Origin: Candidatus Velthaea sp.
GTDB lineage: Bacteria; Vulcanimicrobiota; Vulcanimicrobiia; Vulcanimicrobiales; Vulcanimicrobiaceae
Assembly: GCA_965214935.1 (NCBI GenBank)
Contig: CBDCCS010000014.1
Coordinates: forward strand, 1-64,000
DNA length: 64,000 nucleotides
Direction: 5' to 3'
Numbering within the stretch: the first letter of the stretch is position 1; every line of letters starts with the position of its first letter. The translations under genes were made by a program, and so were the position numbers. The notes below the pieces were generated by a model. The model was not told the DNA's origin. It did not search any database and worked only from the letters and a program-made list of their open reading frames with translations. This document shows positions 29,684 through 38,703 of the stretch, one piece after another.

Positions 29684-30271
29684 GTGATCGACTTGCAAAC
29701 CGGAAGGCAAACGGCGATGATTCACGCACGTTCGTCCTCCGCGTCACGCTCCATCGGCTTGCGCGCTTTGCTCGTCCTCGGCGGCTCGCTGCTTCTGGCG
29801 CTGTCGGCGAAGATCATCGTGCCCATGTATCCGGTGCCGATCACCGGCCAGACGTTAGCGCTTCCGCTGCTCGTTGCACTACTCGGACGCAACCTCGGCA
29901 CGTCGGCCGTGCTGGCGTATCTGATCGAGGGCGGTCTCGGACTGCCGGTTTTCGCGGCGGGTGCGTTGCTGAGCGCGACCGGCGGCTATTTACTCGCCTT
30001 TCCGGTCGCCGCTTTTGTCATCGGCTGGCTTTTCGAGCGGGGCTTCAACCGCAATTATGTGCTGCGTCTCGCAGCAATCTTTGCCGGAACGAGCCTGGTG
30101 TTTGTCGGTGGCGCGGCTTGGCTCATCGGCGTTTTTCATCTGACACCGGCGGCCGCGCTCGCCGTCGGCGTTGGACCTTTCATCGTCGGCGATGTATTGA
30201 AATGCGCAATCGCGGCCGGCATCACGCCCGTTTGGCCGAAAATTGCCGCGCGGTTCGGGCTGCCCGCCTAG
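29684..30271 (+). CDS. bioY: Biotin transporter BioY
   Basis: PVPITGQT, YLIEGGLGLPVFA, TGGYL, PFIVGDVLK. Confidence 0.93.
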   Translation: MIDLQTGRQTAMIHARSSSASRSIGLRALLVLGGSLLLALSAKIIVPMYPVPITGQTLALPLLVALLGRNLGTSAVLAYLIEGGLGLPVFAAGALLSATGGYLLAFPVAAFVIGWLFERGFNRNYVLRLAAIFAGTSLVFVGGAAWLIGVFHLTPAAALAVGVGPFIVGDVLKCAIAAGITPVWPKIAARFGLPA

Positions 30272-30279
30272 ACCCGACT

Positions 30280-30624
30280 TCACTCGTTGGTGAAATTAAG
30301 CCGGACGTAGAGACCATCGCGACTACGCGTCGCGATCTCGCGTATGTTCGCCGCCGAATCATAAACGACGCGGACTTTGTTGCGCGCATCGTAAGCTCGG
30401 CGATCGCCGGTCTGCCCGTCTTGAACGATCGGCAACGGCACCTCGCCGGTGAGCTCCATGTAAGCCTCGAGCGCATCATGCGAAATCTCGACCGTCACAT
30501 ACCCATTTGAGTACGCCAGGGCAAGGTCCGAGCGCGGCGCTTCGTCGGGTGACGCAAACGCGTGCCGGCGACGCGCAAGATCGAGCCTCCGAAGCGGTGC
30601 ATGCTCGCGTTCGACGCGGCGCAT
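30280..30624 (-). CDS. Hypothetical protein
   Basis: ATG overlaps the stop of the upstream ORF (TGATG); C-terminal half looks globular. Confidence 0.5.
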   Translation of the reverse strand: MRRVEREHAPLRRLDLARRRHAFASPDEAPRSDLALAYSNGYVTVEISHDALEAYMELTGEVPLPIVQDGQTGDRRAYDARNKVRVVYDSAANIREIATRSRDGLYVRLNFTNE

Positions 30625-30812
30625 CAGCTCGCCTCAGCCAAGTCGTCTGCGAACGCTTCCGCTCGATCCGCCGCGATTCGTTCCATGGCCGCCTGCGCTT
30701 CGTGCTCGGCAACTTCAGCGGCCCGTAATGCGCTCATAATCTCAGCGTCGGTCGCTGGCCGGCGGCAAAGCACCCGCCCCGCCGCGTCCGAAACCGTGAT
30801 GTACGCATTCAT
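30624..30812 (-). CDS. Small hypothetical protein
   Basis: MNAYITVSDAAGRVLCRRPATDAEI...; purine-rich sequence before the ATG; helical acidic tail. Confidence 0.55.
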   Translation of the reverse strand: MNAYITVSDAAGRVLCRRPATDAEIMSALRAAEVAEHEAQAAMERIAADRAEAFADDLAEAS

Positions 30813-31031
30813 GCTTCTTCTATCGGCAGCTCGAGCTAGCGAGTGAAGCAAGCGGGGCGCTTCGATGACGGCCATGCTCCCATATACCACAATCGACAGA
30901 CGCTATACCGGTTCGTGCCGTCTCCGGCGTGCAACGAGCAGCACCGAGAATATCACCGAGCGAAATAAATTCGATCGCTATTACGTGACAAGCGGCCGGC
31001 CGCGACGCTTGTTCCGGTGGCCGAGGCCCGC

Positions 31032-31565
31032 TTAGACGATCTCCACCTGTTCTTCGATACTTACATTGTAAAGGAACAGAAATTTGTGCCACTCGCCGGG
31101 AAGCGTATTGCGCTTCACGCGGATCCACGGAATATATTTTGGTGTCTTCGGTTTACGCTTGAGCGGCATGTTCGCATGATCCGGCGTGCGGTTGTTCTTG
31201 CGGTTGTTACACCGCATACACGCGCAAACGAGATTTTCCCAGGTCGACGGCCCGCCTTTGCTGCGTGGCTGAACGTGGTCGACCGTCATCATGCGCTCGC
31301 CTTTAATCCCGCAGTACTGACACACATAATCGTCGCGTAAGAGAATGTTTTTCTTGGTCAAGGCGACTTTTTGCATCGGCCGCCGGATGTAGTACAGCAT
31401 GCGAATGATCGAGGGCATGCGCATGTTGAAGCGGGCCGAAGACAACACGTGCTCGCGGCCGTGAACGACCTCGGCCTTGCCCGAGAAAATTAGCTTTACC
31501 GCACGCTGAAAACTCGTTATGTTCAACGCTTCGTAGGTGAAGTTGAGAACGAGGACGTCAGACAC
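31032..31565 (-). CDS. HNH endonuclease family protein
   Basis: VLVLN.TYE, RDDYVCQYCG, TVDHVQPRSKGG.STWENLVCAC..CN..K. Confidence 0.93.
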   Translation of the reverse strand: MSDVLVLNFTYEALNITSFQRAVKLIFSGKAEVVHGREHVLSSARFNMRMPSIIRMLYYIRRPMQKVALTKKNILLRDDYVCQYCGIKGERMMTVDHVQPRSKGGPSTWENLVCACMRCNNRKNNRTPDHANMPLKRKPKTPKYIPWIRVKRNTLPGEWHKFLFLYNVSIEEQVEIV

Positions 31566-31654
31566 GCTTCCCTCTCTGTCGCGAAGCTATGCTTTGGGTG
31601 GAGCAACGAATTTGCAGCCTACCGGTCGAAGGAGAGTCAAAAAAGCGAGGCATA

Positions 31655-31921
31655 TCAACCTCGCTTCTTTACTACGGCCAGTCTGGCATCGGTGAGCATC
31701 GCTGTAAGCGCACCGCGCGCATCCGGCCTAAGTCGAGAAGCTATCCGGTCGAACGCGAGGCCGGCAATGTCGACGGCAATCGCCGCCGAATCAACGTCCG
31801 ACGGCGTTCCGGCTTCACGCGGCTCGAGGTAAGCCATGGCGGCATATAGCAACGTCGCGACCGTTTCGCTAATTACGGCGTCGACGGGAGGGGCCGCGAG
31901 CTGTTCGTTACTCGTCGACAT
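31655..31921 (-). CDS. Small helical protein, DUF1844-like
   Basis: AAMAYL...DVDSAAIAVD....L...ALTAMLTDARLAVV resembles the DUF1844 pattern. Confidence 0.55.
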   Translation of the reverse strand: MSTSNEQLAAPPVDAVISETVATLLYAAMAYLEPREAGTPSDVDSAAIAVDIAGLAFDRIASRLRPDARGALTAMLTDARLAVVKKRG

Positions 31922-32138
31922 AGGATGTTCGTTCGCAGACCGCTTGACGAACACCCACCGGAAGCGAACGGCACTTTGCATCTGAGTCGCCGGCCTCGCA
32001 TCTGCAGACTCCCCTCGCTCGGCAAACGAGCGTTATTGATTTGGCCAAAGATGGCTCCTGAGATTTGGTTAAGAACGCCGACGTGGCCGGGACGCCGCTG
32101 AGCGCCGGCAATTTTTCTCGTTTCTGAGGAGATCTTTT

Positions 32139-35024
32139 TTGTTAGACTACCGGCGTAGCACTAGCGCTCGTGCGCTGCTAGCCCTCGTCTTGGCTTTGAC
32201 GACGACGGCCGGAGCAGGGGCACAAACGCTACCTGCCCCCGCACCGGCTCCGGCCGATGCAACGGCTTCACCCGCGCCGGCCGGCGCGCCGTCCGCCTCA
32301 ACGACCGTTCTGCAAGGTTCGGTTCGCGGCTCGTCCGGACTTCCGATTGCGGGCGCTGCAGTGACGATTAGCGGTGCGACGACCGCTACGGCTACGAGCG
32401 ATGCCGGCGGCACCTTTACCCTTACGGTCCCGCAGGGTATCTACACGGTACAAGTCGCGCATAACGGCTACAATGCGGCGATCGTGTCGAACATCGTTGC
32501 CGTCGGCGGAACGTCGGTGCCGGTCAGCGTGACGTTAACGCAGGCCGACCTCTCGTCGCTGCGGACGATCGGCACCGTCACGTCGACCGCCCGCGGCGGC
32601 AGCGCGATCAATACCGGCGCGGCGTCATCGTCATTCGTACCGGCGCAAGCCTTCGTCAATGTCGCGAACCCGCAGATCAACGACGTGTTGCAGCGCGTGC
32701 CGGATATCACGCTGCAGCACATGGGCAGTCAGCCCGACGTATCGATCGTGCTCGGCGGCGTACAGCCGTACGAAACGCAAATACTTATCGACGGTCATCC
32801 GCTCGCGTTAGGTCAATTCGGCGTGTGGACCAGCCAGTATTTTCCGTCGTATCTCATCGGCGGTGTCGAGACGCAATCCGGTGTCGGTAACACGACCCCG
32901 TTTGCCAACATTGCCGTCGGTGGAACCGTCAATCTCTTAACGCCGAGCTTTACATCACGCCCGACCGCTGAGATTACGTACGGTGTCGACAACTATTCGT
33001 CGCAATACACGAACTTCTTAGCAACCGGCGCCGCCGGCAAGCTTCAATACGTCGTCGGTACCGGCGTCGGGAGTTTGAACGGCCCATATTACGAGACAAA
33101 TCAGTGTGTGATCTCGCCCGACGCCGGCGGCAGTCTGGATAACAAACCCGGTAACAAGGGCGTCATTCAATACTGCGGCGACGCGAGCGGTTCGTTCTTC
33201 AGTAAGGGTGAACTCGGAAAGCTGCGCTATAACTTCTCGCAAGCGACCTCGCTCGATGTTGGTTTTACCGGCGCGTGGGGCGGCTATCAGCCGCAGGGAA
33301 CAGCTTGGGGCACCTACCTTGGTGCCACGACAATCGAACCTTGCTTAGCGAGCGATCCGAACCGGTGCACCAATCCGGCAAATGCCAGCCTCATCGGCAA
33401 AACCATCAACGCCTACGGCTGGTATACCGGTTCGTCCGTCTATAACAACCAATGGCTCTACGACGCTCAGTTACGCACCACGGTCGGCAACAACACGGTC
33501 CTCGTACGGCCGTATATCGGTGATATCGAACCTGAAGTCATTACCGGCGGCCAAATTCAAGCTTCGTATCCGTCCTTTTTCGGTCCGCTGCCCGGCGCGG
33601 CGAATTACGCTGCGCCGACATTTGCAGCCGGAACCGCGATTCCGTCGACATTTAATTTCGGCGCCGCCGGCACGCCGTTCGAGAAGAGTTGCGCTAACAA
33701 TTTTAGTAACGTTGCGAGCGTCGCCGGCACATCCGTCGTTGCGCCCAACGGACAACAAGAATGCTTCGGGTCGGCGTATCAAACGTACGAACAAGATAAA
33801 TTGTACGGCACGACGATCTCATTCTTGCACCCGTTCGGCGAGAACGTCTTGGGCTTGAACTATGACTTTCACGGTCAAAGCACGTTTGCGTATATCAACT
33901 CGCCCGCCGGTGTCTCCGTGCCGTTTTCGACCGATCGCTATTCGACGTTTTCACTGACCGGAAGCTTCGGCTTAGTGCGAAACCTCAATCTCGGGCTCGG
34001 CTTGTACGATACGCGCTGGACCGTTGCCGGCGTGCAGCCGTTGTTGAGTGCGACCGGTCAGCCCGTGACGGATGCCGGCGGCAATGCGGTTCTCACGGGC
34101 CTTGGGCGCGGCGTTTCGCGCTTCGATCCGCACTTCGCATTCACGTTTCGGCCGAACGGCGATGTGTCGTATCGTGCGGCGTTCGGCAGTTCGGCGACTT
34201 TTCCGTACGTCGGCCAAGTCAGCGGTCTGGCAACCTATCAGCAACCGGCAGCGTCGCTCGGCCCGCCGTATCAGCTCGGCGGTACGCTGACGGAAAAGAA
34301 TCCGAATCTCGCACCGGAAGTGAGTATCTCGTACAATGTGGGCGTCGATAAGCGCTTCGGCCGTGCATCGGTGCTGAGCTTCGACCTTGCCGACACGATC
34401 ATTCACAATGTTTTCGAGTCGCTCACCACCAGCGTTCCACTCAACGGCGGGCTCGAAGGTATTTTCTCCCCGGTCAACGTTGCGCGTTTGCACTCGGAAT
34501 TAGCTACGGTGCGTTATGCGTATACACCACGCGTCGGTATCGGCGTCAATGCCTCGGTCGCGGCGAACCGCTCGATTCTCGACGGATTACCGCCCGGCTT
34601 CAGCGGGCCACCGACAAACGGCGTCCAAATCTGCGGTAACGGTGTTGCTGCGCCCGGCATCGCGACTTGCTTGCCGTATCTTAAGGGTTACGGTCAGCTC
34701 AACTATACCGCACGCGGCGGCACGTTCATCGGCTTGGGCGTCGAGTACGAAGGCAAGAATAACAGCTACTTCCAGCCGCCGCTCGCGCTCGTCGACTTCA
34801 CGTTTCGCCGATCGGTGACGCGCAATGTCGAGATGCTCGTCGGCGTCGAGAATCTACTCAACACGAACGTCTTTTCAAACGCCTCGAATCTTGCATCGCC
34901 CAACGCCGGAACGCCGATCGCGGCCGGTCAGCCTGACGGTACCGTGCAGTCTTTCGTTCCGACACTCGTCTCGGCACCTGCCCGTACGGTCCGCGTTCAA
35001 ATCCGTCTCCATACCGGACGTTAA
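32139..35024 (+). CDS. TonB-dependent receptor (carboxypeptidase-regulatory-like N-domain, plug, barrel), paralog 1
   Basis: Signal peptide; G.V....G.PIAGAAVT N-domain; plug DVLQRVP...ETQILIDGHP; NPNLAPE; VENLLN. RBS GAGGAG. Confidence 0.85.
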   Translation: MLDYRRSTSARALLALVLALTTTAGAGAQTLPAPAPAPADATASPAPAGAPSASTTVLQGSVRGSSGLPIAGAAVTISGATTATATSDAGGTFTLTVPQGIYTVQVAHNGYNAAIVSNIVAVGGTSVPVSVTLTQADLSSLRTIGTVTSTARGGSAINTGAASSSFVPAQAFVNVANPQINDVLQRVPDITLQHMGSQPDVSIVLGGVQPYETQILIDGHPLALGQFGVWTSQYFPSYLIGGVETQSGVGNTTPFANIAVGGTVNLLTPSFTSRPTAEITYGVDNYSSQYTNFLATGAAGKLQYVVGTGVGSLNGPYYETNQCVISPDAGGSLDNKPGNKGVIQYCGDASGSFFSKGELGKLRYNFSQATSLDVGFTGAWGGYQPQGTAWGTYLGATTIEPCLASDPNRCTNPANASLIGKTINAYGWYTGSSVYNNQWLYDAQLRTTVGNNTVLVRPYIGDIEPEVITGGQIQASYPSFFGPLPGAANYAAPTFAAGTAIPSTFNFGAAGTPFEKSCANNFSNVASVAGTSVVAPNGQQECFGSAYQTYEQDKLYGTTISFLHPFGENVLGLNYDFHGQSTFAYINSPAGVSVPFSTDRYSTFSLTGSFGLVRNLNLGLGLYDTRWTVAGVQPLLSATGQPVTDAGGNAVLTGLGRGVSRFDPHFAFTFRPNGDVSYRAAFGSSATFPYVGQVSGLATYQQPAASLGPPYQLGGTLTEKNPNLAPEVSISYNVGVDKRFGRASVLSFDLADTIIHNVFESLTTSVPLNGGLEGIFSPVNVARLHSELATVRYAYTPRVGIGVNASVAANRSILDGLPPGFSGPPTNGVQICGNGVAAPGIATCLPYLKGYGQLNYTARGGTFIGLGVEYEGKNNSYFQPPLALVDFTFRRSVTRNVEMLVGVENLLNTNVFSNASNLASPNAGTPIAAGQPDGTVQSFVPTLVSAPARTVRVQIRLHTGR

Positions 35025-35053
35025 TTCCAACCGCATCTTCGCAACGAATGACG

Positions 35054-35080
35054 AGGCCTCGTGCTACGGCGCGGGGCTTT
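35054..35080 (+). terminator. Intra-operon hairpin after the first receptor gene
   Basis: AGGCCTCGTGC-tacg-GCGCGGGGCTTT: G-U-containing stem, UNCG loop, short U tract. Confidence 0.55.
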
Positions 35081-35101
35081 GTTCATGAAAGGCCGACGCC
35101 G

Positions 35102-36664
35102 ATGAAAACCAACAGTGCAACCCGGTTGCTTGCAACGATCGCGCTGCTCGCGCTATCGACCGCGCCAACCACCGCAGCGCAGAGCCTCGCACCGCCGACA
35201 CCGTTGATGCGCACCACAACGTATCTGCAGACGGTCGCGGCCGATACTTCGTCCGGTCCGACCCGGTTGACCGAGTTCTTAAACGACATCCCGAAAGGCG
35301 GCGACCTGCACCACCACTTGAGCGGTGCGGTGTATGCCGAGAGCTACATCAATTATGCGGCCGAGGACGGCGATTGCTTCGACGCGACCTTCACGATCGT
35401 GCCGCCGCCCTGCGACATTGCGAAAGGCCGTTCACCGGCCGCTCGCGCGCAAACCGACTATGCGTTTCGCAATCAAACGATCGATGCGCTTTCGGCCCGA
35501 AACTTCGCGCCGACGACCGGCGACCCCAGTATCCTCGTCCACTTCTTCAAGACGTTCTTTAAATTTGATCTAGTCGTCAATCGTCATTGGGGCGAAGAAC
35601 TCGCCGAGGTGGCGCACCGGGCGGCGATCCAGCACGAGATTTACCTCGAAACGATCCTCGGTGTCGATAAGGGCGCGTCGATCGATCTCGGCGACAAGGT
35701 CGGCTGGAACGATAACTTCGATACGATGCGTCACGCTCTCGATGCCGCGGGCATGCCGCGAATCGTCGCGCAAGCGCGACGCGATCTTGACGCCGGCGAA
35801 CGCGATATGCGCAAAATCTTGCGTTGCGATTCGTCAAGTCCCGATCCCGGCTGCGACGTTACGCTGCGCTACCAGCATTTCGTGTTGCGCGCGTTTCCCA
35901 AAGCGCAAGCGTTCGCACAGATGCAAGCCGGCTTCGAGATTGCCGCCGCCGACCCGCGTGTGGTGTCGATCAATCCCGTTCAGCCGCAGGAAGATTATAT
36001 TCCACTCAAAGATTTCGAGCTGCAACTGCGGATGTTCGGCTACTTCCACCGGTTGTATCCCAACATTCATTTGAGCATGCATGCCGGTGAATTGTTTCTC
36101 GGGGTAACGCGGCCTGAAGAGATGTACGACACGGCGCACATTCGCGATACGATCGATATCGGTCACGCCGAGCGCATCGGTCACGGCCTCGACGTCTTGT
36201 CGGAACCCGATCCGCAAGGACTGCTGGCCGAAATGGCGCGCAAACACATCCTCGTCGAAGATCCGATCTATATCCACGAGCTGATCGGCCCGGGCGTCGT
36301 CGGCAGCGACGTTCTGCCCATCTATCTCAATGCCGGCGTGCCGGTGTCGTTGGCAACCGACGACGAAGGCGGAGCGCGCTCGGACATGACGCAGACGTTT
36401 CGTCGCGCGGTCGAGGGTTACCACATCGGGTATCCGATGCTTAAAACGCTGGTCCGCGACAGTCTCGAGCATGCGTTCGTGCCGGGAGCCGAACTGTGGG
36501 CAGCACCGGAGAATTTCATCTTGATGAGCCCGGCTTGCGCCGGACAAGCCCTCCAGGAAGTGCCCGGCGCCGCAGCATGTCGGGCTTTACTCGCAACGAG
36601 CGAAAAGGCCCGGCTTGAGTGGAGGGAAGAGGTCGCGTTCGCACGGTTTGAAAGTCGTTTCTGA
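35102..36664 (+). CDS. Secreted adenosine deaminase-family protein
   Basis: Signal peptide MKTNSATRLLATIALLALSTAPTTAA; PKGGDLHHHLSG, HAGE, RIGHG, ATDDEG. Confidence 0.88.
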   Translation: MKTNSATRLLATIALLALSTAPTTAAQSLAPPTPLMRTTTYLQTVAADTSSGPTRLTEFLNDIPKGGDLHHHLSGAVYAESYINYAAEDGDCFDATFTIVPPPCDIAKGRSPAARAQTDYAFRNQTIDALSARNFAPTTGDPSILVHFFKTFFKFDLVVNRHWGEELAEVAHRAAIQHEIYLETILGVDKGASIDLGDKVGWNDNFDTMRHALDAAGMPRIVAQARRDLDAGERDMRKILRCDSSSPDPGCDVTLRYQHFVLRAFPKAQAFAQMQAGFEIAAADPRVVSINPVQPQEDYIPLKDFELQLRMFGYFHRLYPNIHLSMHAGELFLGVTRPEEMYDTAHIRDTIDIGHAERIGHGLDVLSEPDPQGLLAEMARKHILVEDPIYIHELIGPGVVGSDVLPIYLNAGVPVSLATDDEGGARSDMTQTFRRAVEGYHIGYPMLKTLVRDSLEHAFVPGAELWAAPENFILMSPACAGQALQEVPGAAACRALLATSEKARLEWREEVAFARFESRF

Positions 36665-37671
36665 CGACGCGGCATGCTCTGGTATGCGGGCTGACTGCTG
36701 CGCTCGCAGCTTGCGCGAAGCCGCGTCGCCCGTCGGCTCGCTTACGGATGGGAATGGTCACGGATCTCGGCGGTCTTGGTGACCGGTCGTTCAACGATTC
36801 GGCAAATGCCGGTTTGCAGTTAGCGCAGCAGCGCTTGCACGTTGCGACGGTCGTTCTTCAATCTCGTTCGGTCGCCGATTACCAACTCAATATGATCGCG
36901 CTGGCGAACGAAGACGTCGACGAACTCTTTTGCATCGGCTACGATCAAGCACTCGACTTGGCCGATGTTGCGCGGCGATTCCGGCACCGGCACTTCGCAA
37001 TCATCGATGGTTTCGTCGACGTACCGAACGTGACGTCGGTCGGCTTTCGCGAGCAAGAAGGCTCGTTTCTGGCCGGTGCGCTCGCCGCATTAACGACGCG
37101 GACGCGGATTATCGGTTTCTTGGGCGGCGTCGACGTTCCGATCATTCAACGCTTCGAGGCCGGGTTCACCGCGGGCGCGCGCCAGGTCGATGCGCGCGTC
37201 AACGTGCTCGTCAAATATGCCGGCTCGTTTGAGGACGTTCCGGCGGGCAGCGAACTTGCTGCAACGCTGTTCGATCAGCGCGCCGACATCGTTTATGCTG
37301 CGGCGGGCAAAGCCGGGCTCGGTGCGATCGATCGTGCGCGCACGCGCGAGAACGCGTTTATCATCGGCGTCGATAGCGATCAAGACGGGCTTGCTCCCGG
37401 TAAAATCCTCACCAGCGTGCTCAAACGAATCGATGTCAGCGTGTTCCGGCTGTGCAAGATCGCCGTCGACGGCCACCCGCGCCCGCACCGCCTAACGCTC
37501 GGACTTCGCGAAAACGGCGTCGGCTTGACCGCGTTCCGCTATACGCGTACGGTAGTCGGGCCGGCCACGGTCGAGCGGCTCGCGCGCATACGCGCCGCAA
37601 TCGTCAACGGAAAAATAGACGTGCCGCAAACTCGTGCCGCCGCCGCTACTTATCACGCCGTATCGCTCTAA
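36661..37671 (+). CDS. BMP-family (purine nucleoside-binding) lipoprotein
   Basis: GGLGDRSFNDSA, FREQEGSFLAG, IGVDSDQ, TSVLKRID. In-frame lipoprotein signal ending LAAC upstream of the ORF-track ATG (36748); probable CTG start at 36661. Confidence 0.88.
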   Translation: MTTRHALVCGLTAALAACAKPRRPSARLRMGMVTDLGGLGDRSFNDSANAGLQLAQQRLHVATVVLQSRSVADYQLNMIALANEDVDELFCIGYDQALDLADVARRFRHRHFAIIDGFVDVPNVTSVGFREQEGSFLAGALAALTTRTRIIGFLGGVDVPIIQRFEAGFTAGARQVDARVNVLVKYAGSFEDVPAGSELAATLFDQRADIVYAAAGKAGLGAIDRARTRENAFIIGVDSDQDGLAPGKILTSVLKRIDVSVFRLCKIAVDGHPRPHRLTLGLRENGVGLTAFRYTRTVVGPATVERLARIRAAIVNGKIDVPQTRAAAATYHAVSL

Positions 37672-37723
37672 AGCGCCAAACGCCGACGCTCGCTCGCTTT
37701 TGTTGCTTGCCGGAGAACCTTGC

Positions 37724-38674
37724 ATGTCTGTTCCCATCATCGATCTTGCATCACTGCGCGAGCCTGCTGCAGCGGGGCATACGAAGGTCGCGCGAGCGAT
37801 CGGCGCAGCGGCTCGCGACATCGGTTTCTTCGCGGTCACCGGTCATGGCGTACCGGACGATATCATTACCGGCGTCTTTCATGCGGCCCAGACGTTCTTC
37901 GCGTTGCCGCCGGAGCGCAAAGCGCTCGTCGGGATCGAACGCTCGACTCAGTATCTAGGTTATGCCGCCCTCGCATCGGAACGCCTCGATCCAAGCCGGC
38001 CCGGCGATGCGAAAGAATCCTTTAATATGGGCCGCGAGATTCGTGCCGACGATCCGGACTACATCGCCGGAACGCCGTTCGTCGGCCTCAATCAGTGGCC
38101 GGATGTACCGGGCTTTCGGCCGGCGTTACTCGCCTATTACTCGGCATTGCAGAAGCTCGCAATGCTTTTGCATGGTGCGATTGCGCTCGACCTCGCCCTC
38201 GATGCCGAGTTTTTTTCAGCCGCCTTCACGCGGCCACTTTCGGCACTGCGTCTGCTGCACTATCCGCCGCATCCCGGCAGCTTTGACGGCAGCCGTTACG
38301 GCGCCGGACCGCATACCGATTACGGTAATATCACCTTACTCGCACAAGACGGCAACGGCGGCCTCGAAGTGCGAACGCGCGCCGGCGAATGGGTTGGCGT
38401 CATGCCGATCGCCGGAACGTTCGTCTGCAATATCGGCGATGCATTGATGCGCTGGAGCAACGACGTGTATGTCTCGAATCCGCATCGTGTCGTCAATCGA
38501 TCCGGCAACGAGCGTTATTCCGTCGCCTTTTTCAGCGAGCCGAATGCCGATGCCGTCGTCGCATGTTTGCCCGAATGCAGCAGCCCGGACAATCCACCGA
38601 AATACGCGCCGATTGCGTTTGCCGATTATCTTCGTTCGCGGATCGAACCGACGTATCGCGCTATCCAAATGTAG
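37724..38674 (+). CDS. Isopenicillin N synthase-family 2OG-Fe(II) oxygenase
   Basis: VPIIDL, GFFAVTGHG, LRLLHYP, HTD, HRV, RYS. Confidence 0.92.
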   Translation: MSVPIIDLASLREPAAAGHTKVARAIGAAARDIGFFAVTGHGVPDDIITGVFHAAQTFFALPPERKALVGIERSTQYLGYAALASERLDPSRPGDAKESFNMGREIRADDPDYIAGTPFVGLNQWPDVPGFRPALLAYYSALQKLAMLLHGAIALDLALDAEFFSAAFTRPLSALRLLHYPPHPGSFDGSRYGAGPHTDYGNITLLAQDGNGGLEVRTRAGEWVGVMPIAGTFVCNIGDALMRWSNDVYVSNPHRVVNRSGNERYSVAFFSEPNADAVVACLPECSSPDNPPKYAPIAFADYLRSRIEPTYRAIQM

Positions 38675-38703
38675 ATTGACCCTACCGCTTGCGCGCAATT
38701 ACG

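Noticed and set aside
30960..30974. LexA box (CGAAATAAATTCG)
   Set aside because: Does not match the GAAC-N4-GTTC sequence or spacing.
31032..31565. HNH gene as a homing endonuclease, mobile element or defence nuclease
   Set aside because: It belongs to a widespread stand-alone HNH family (VLVLN..YE N-terminus); no intron, IS ends or methylase nearby.
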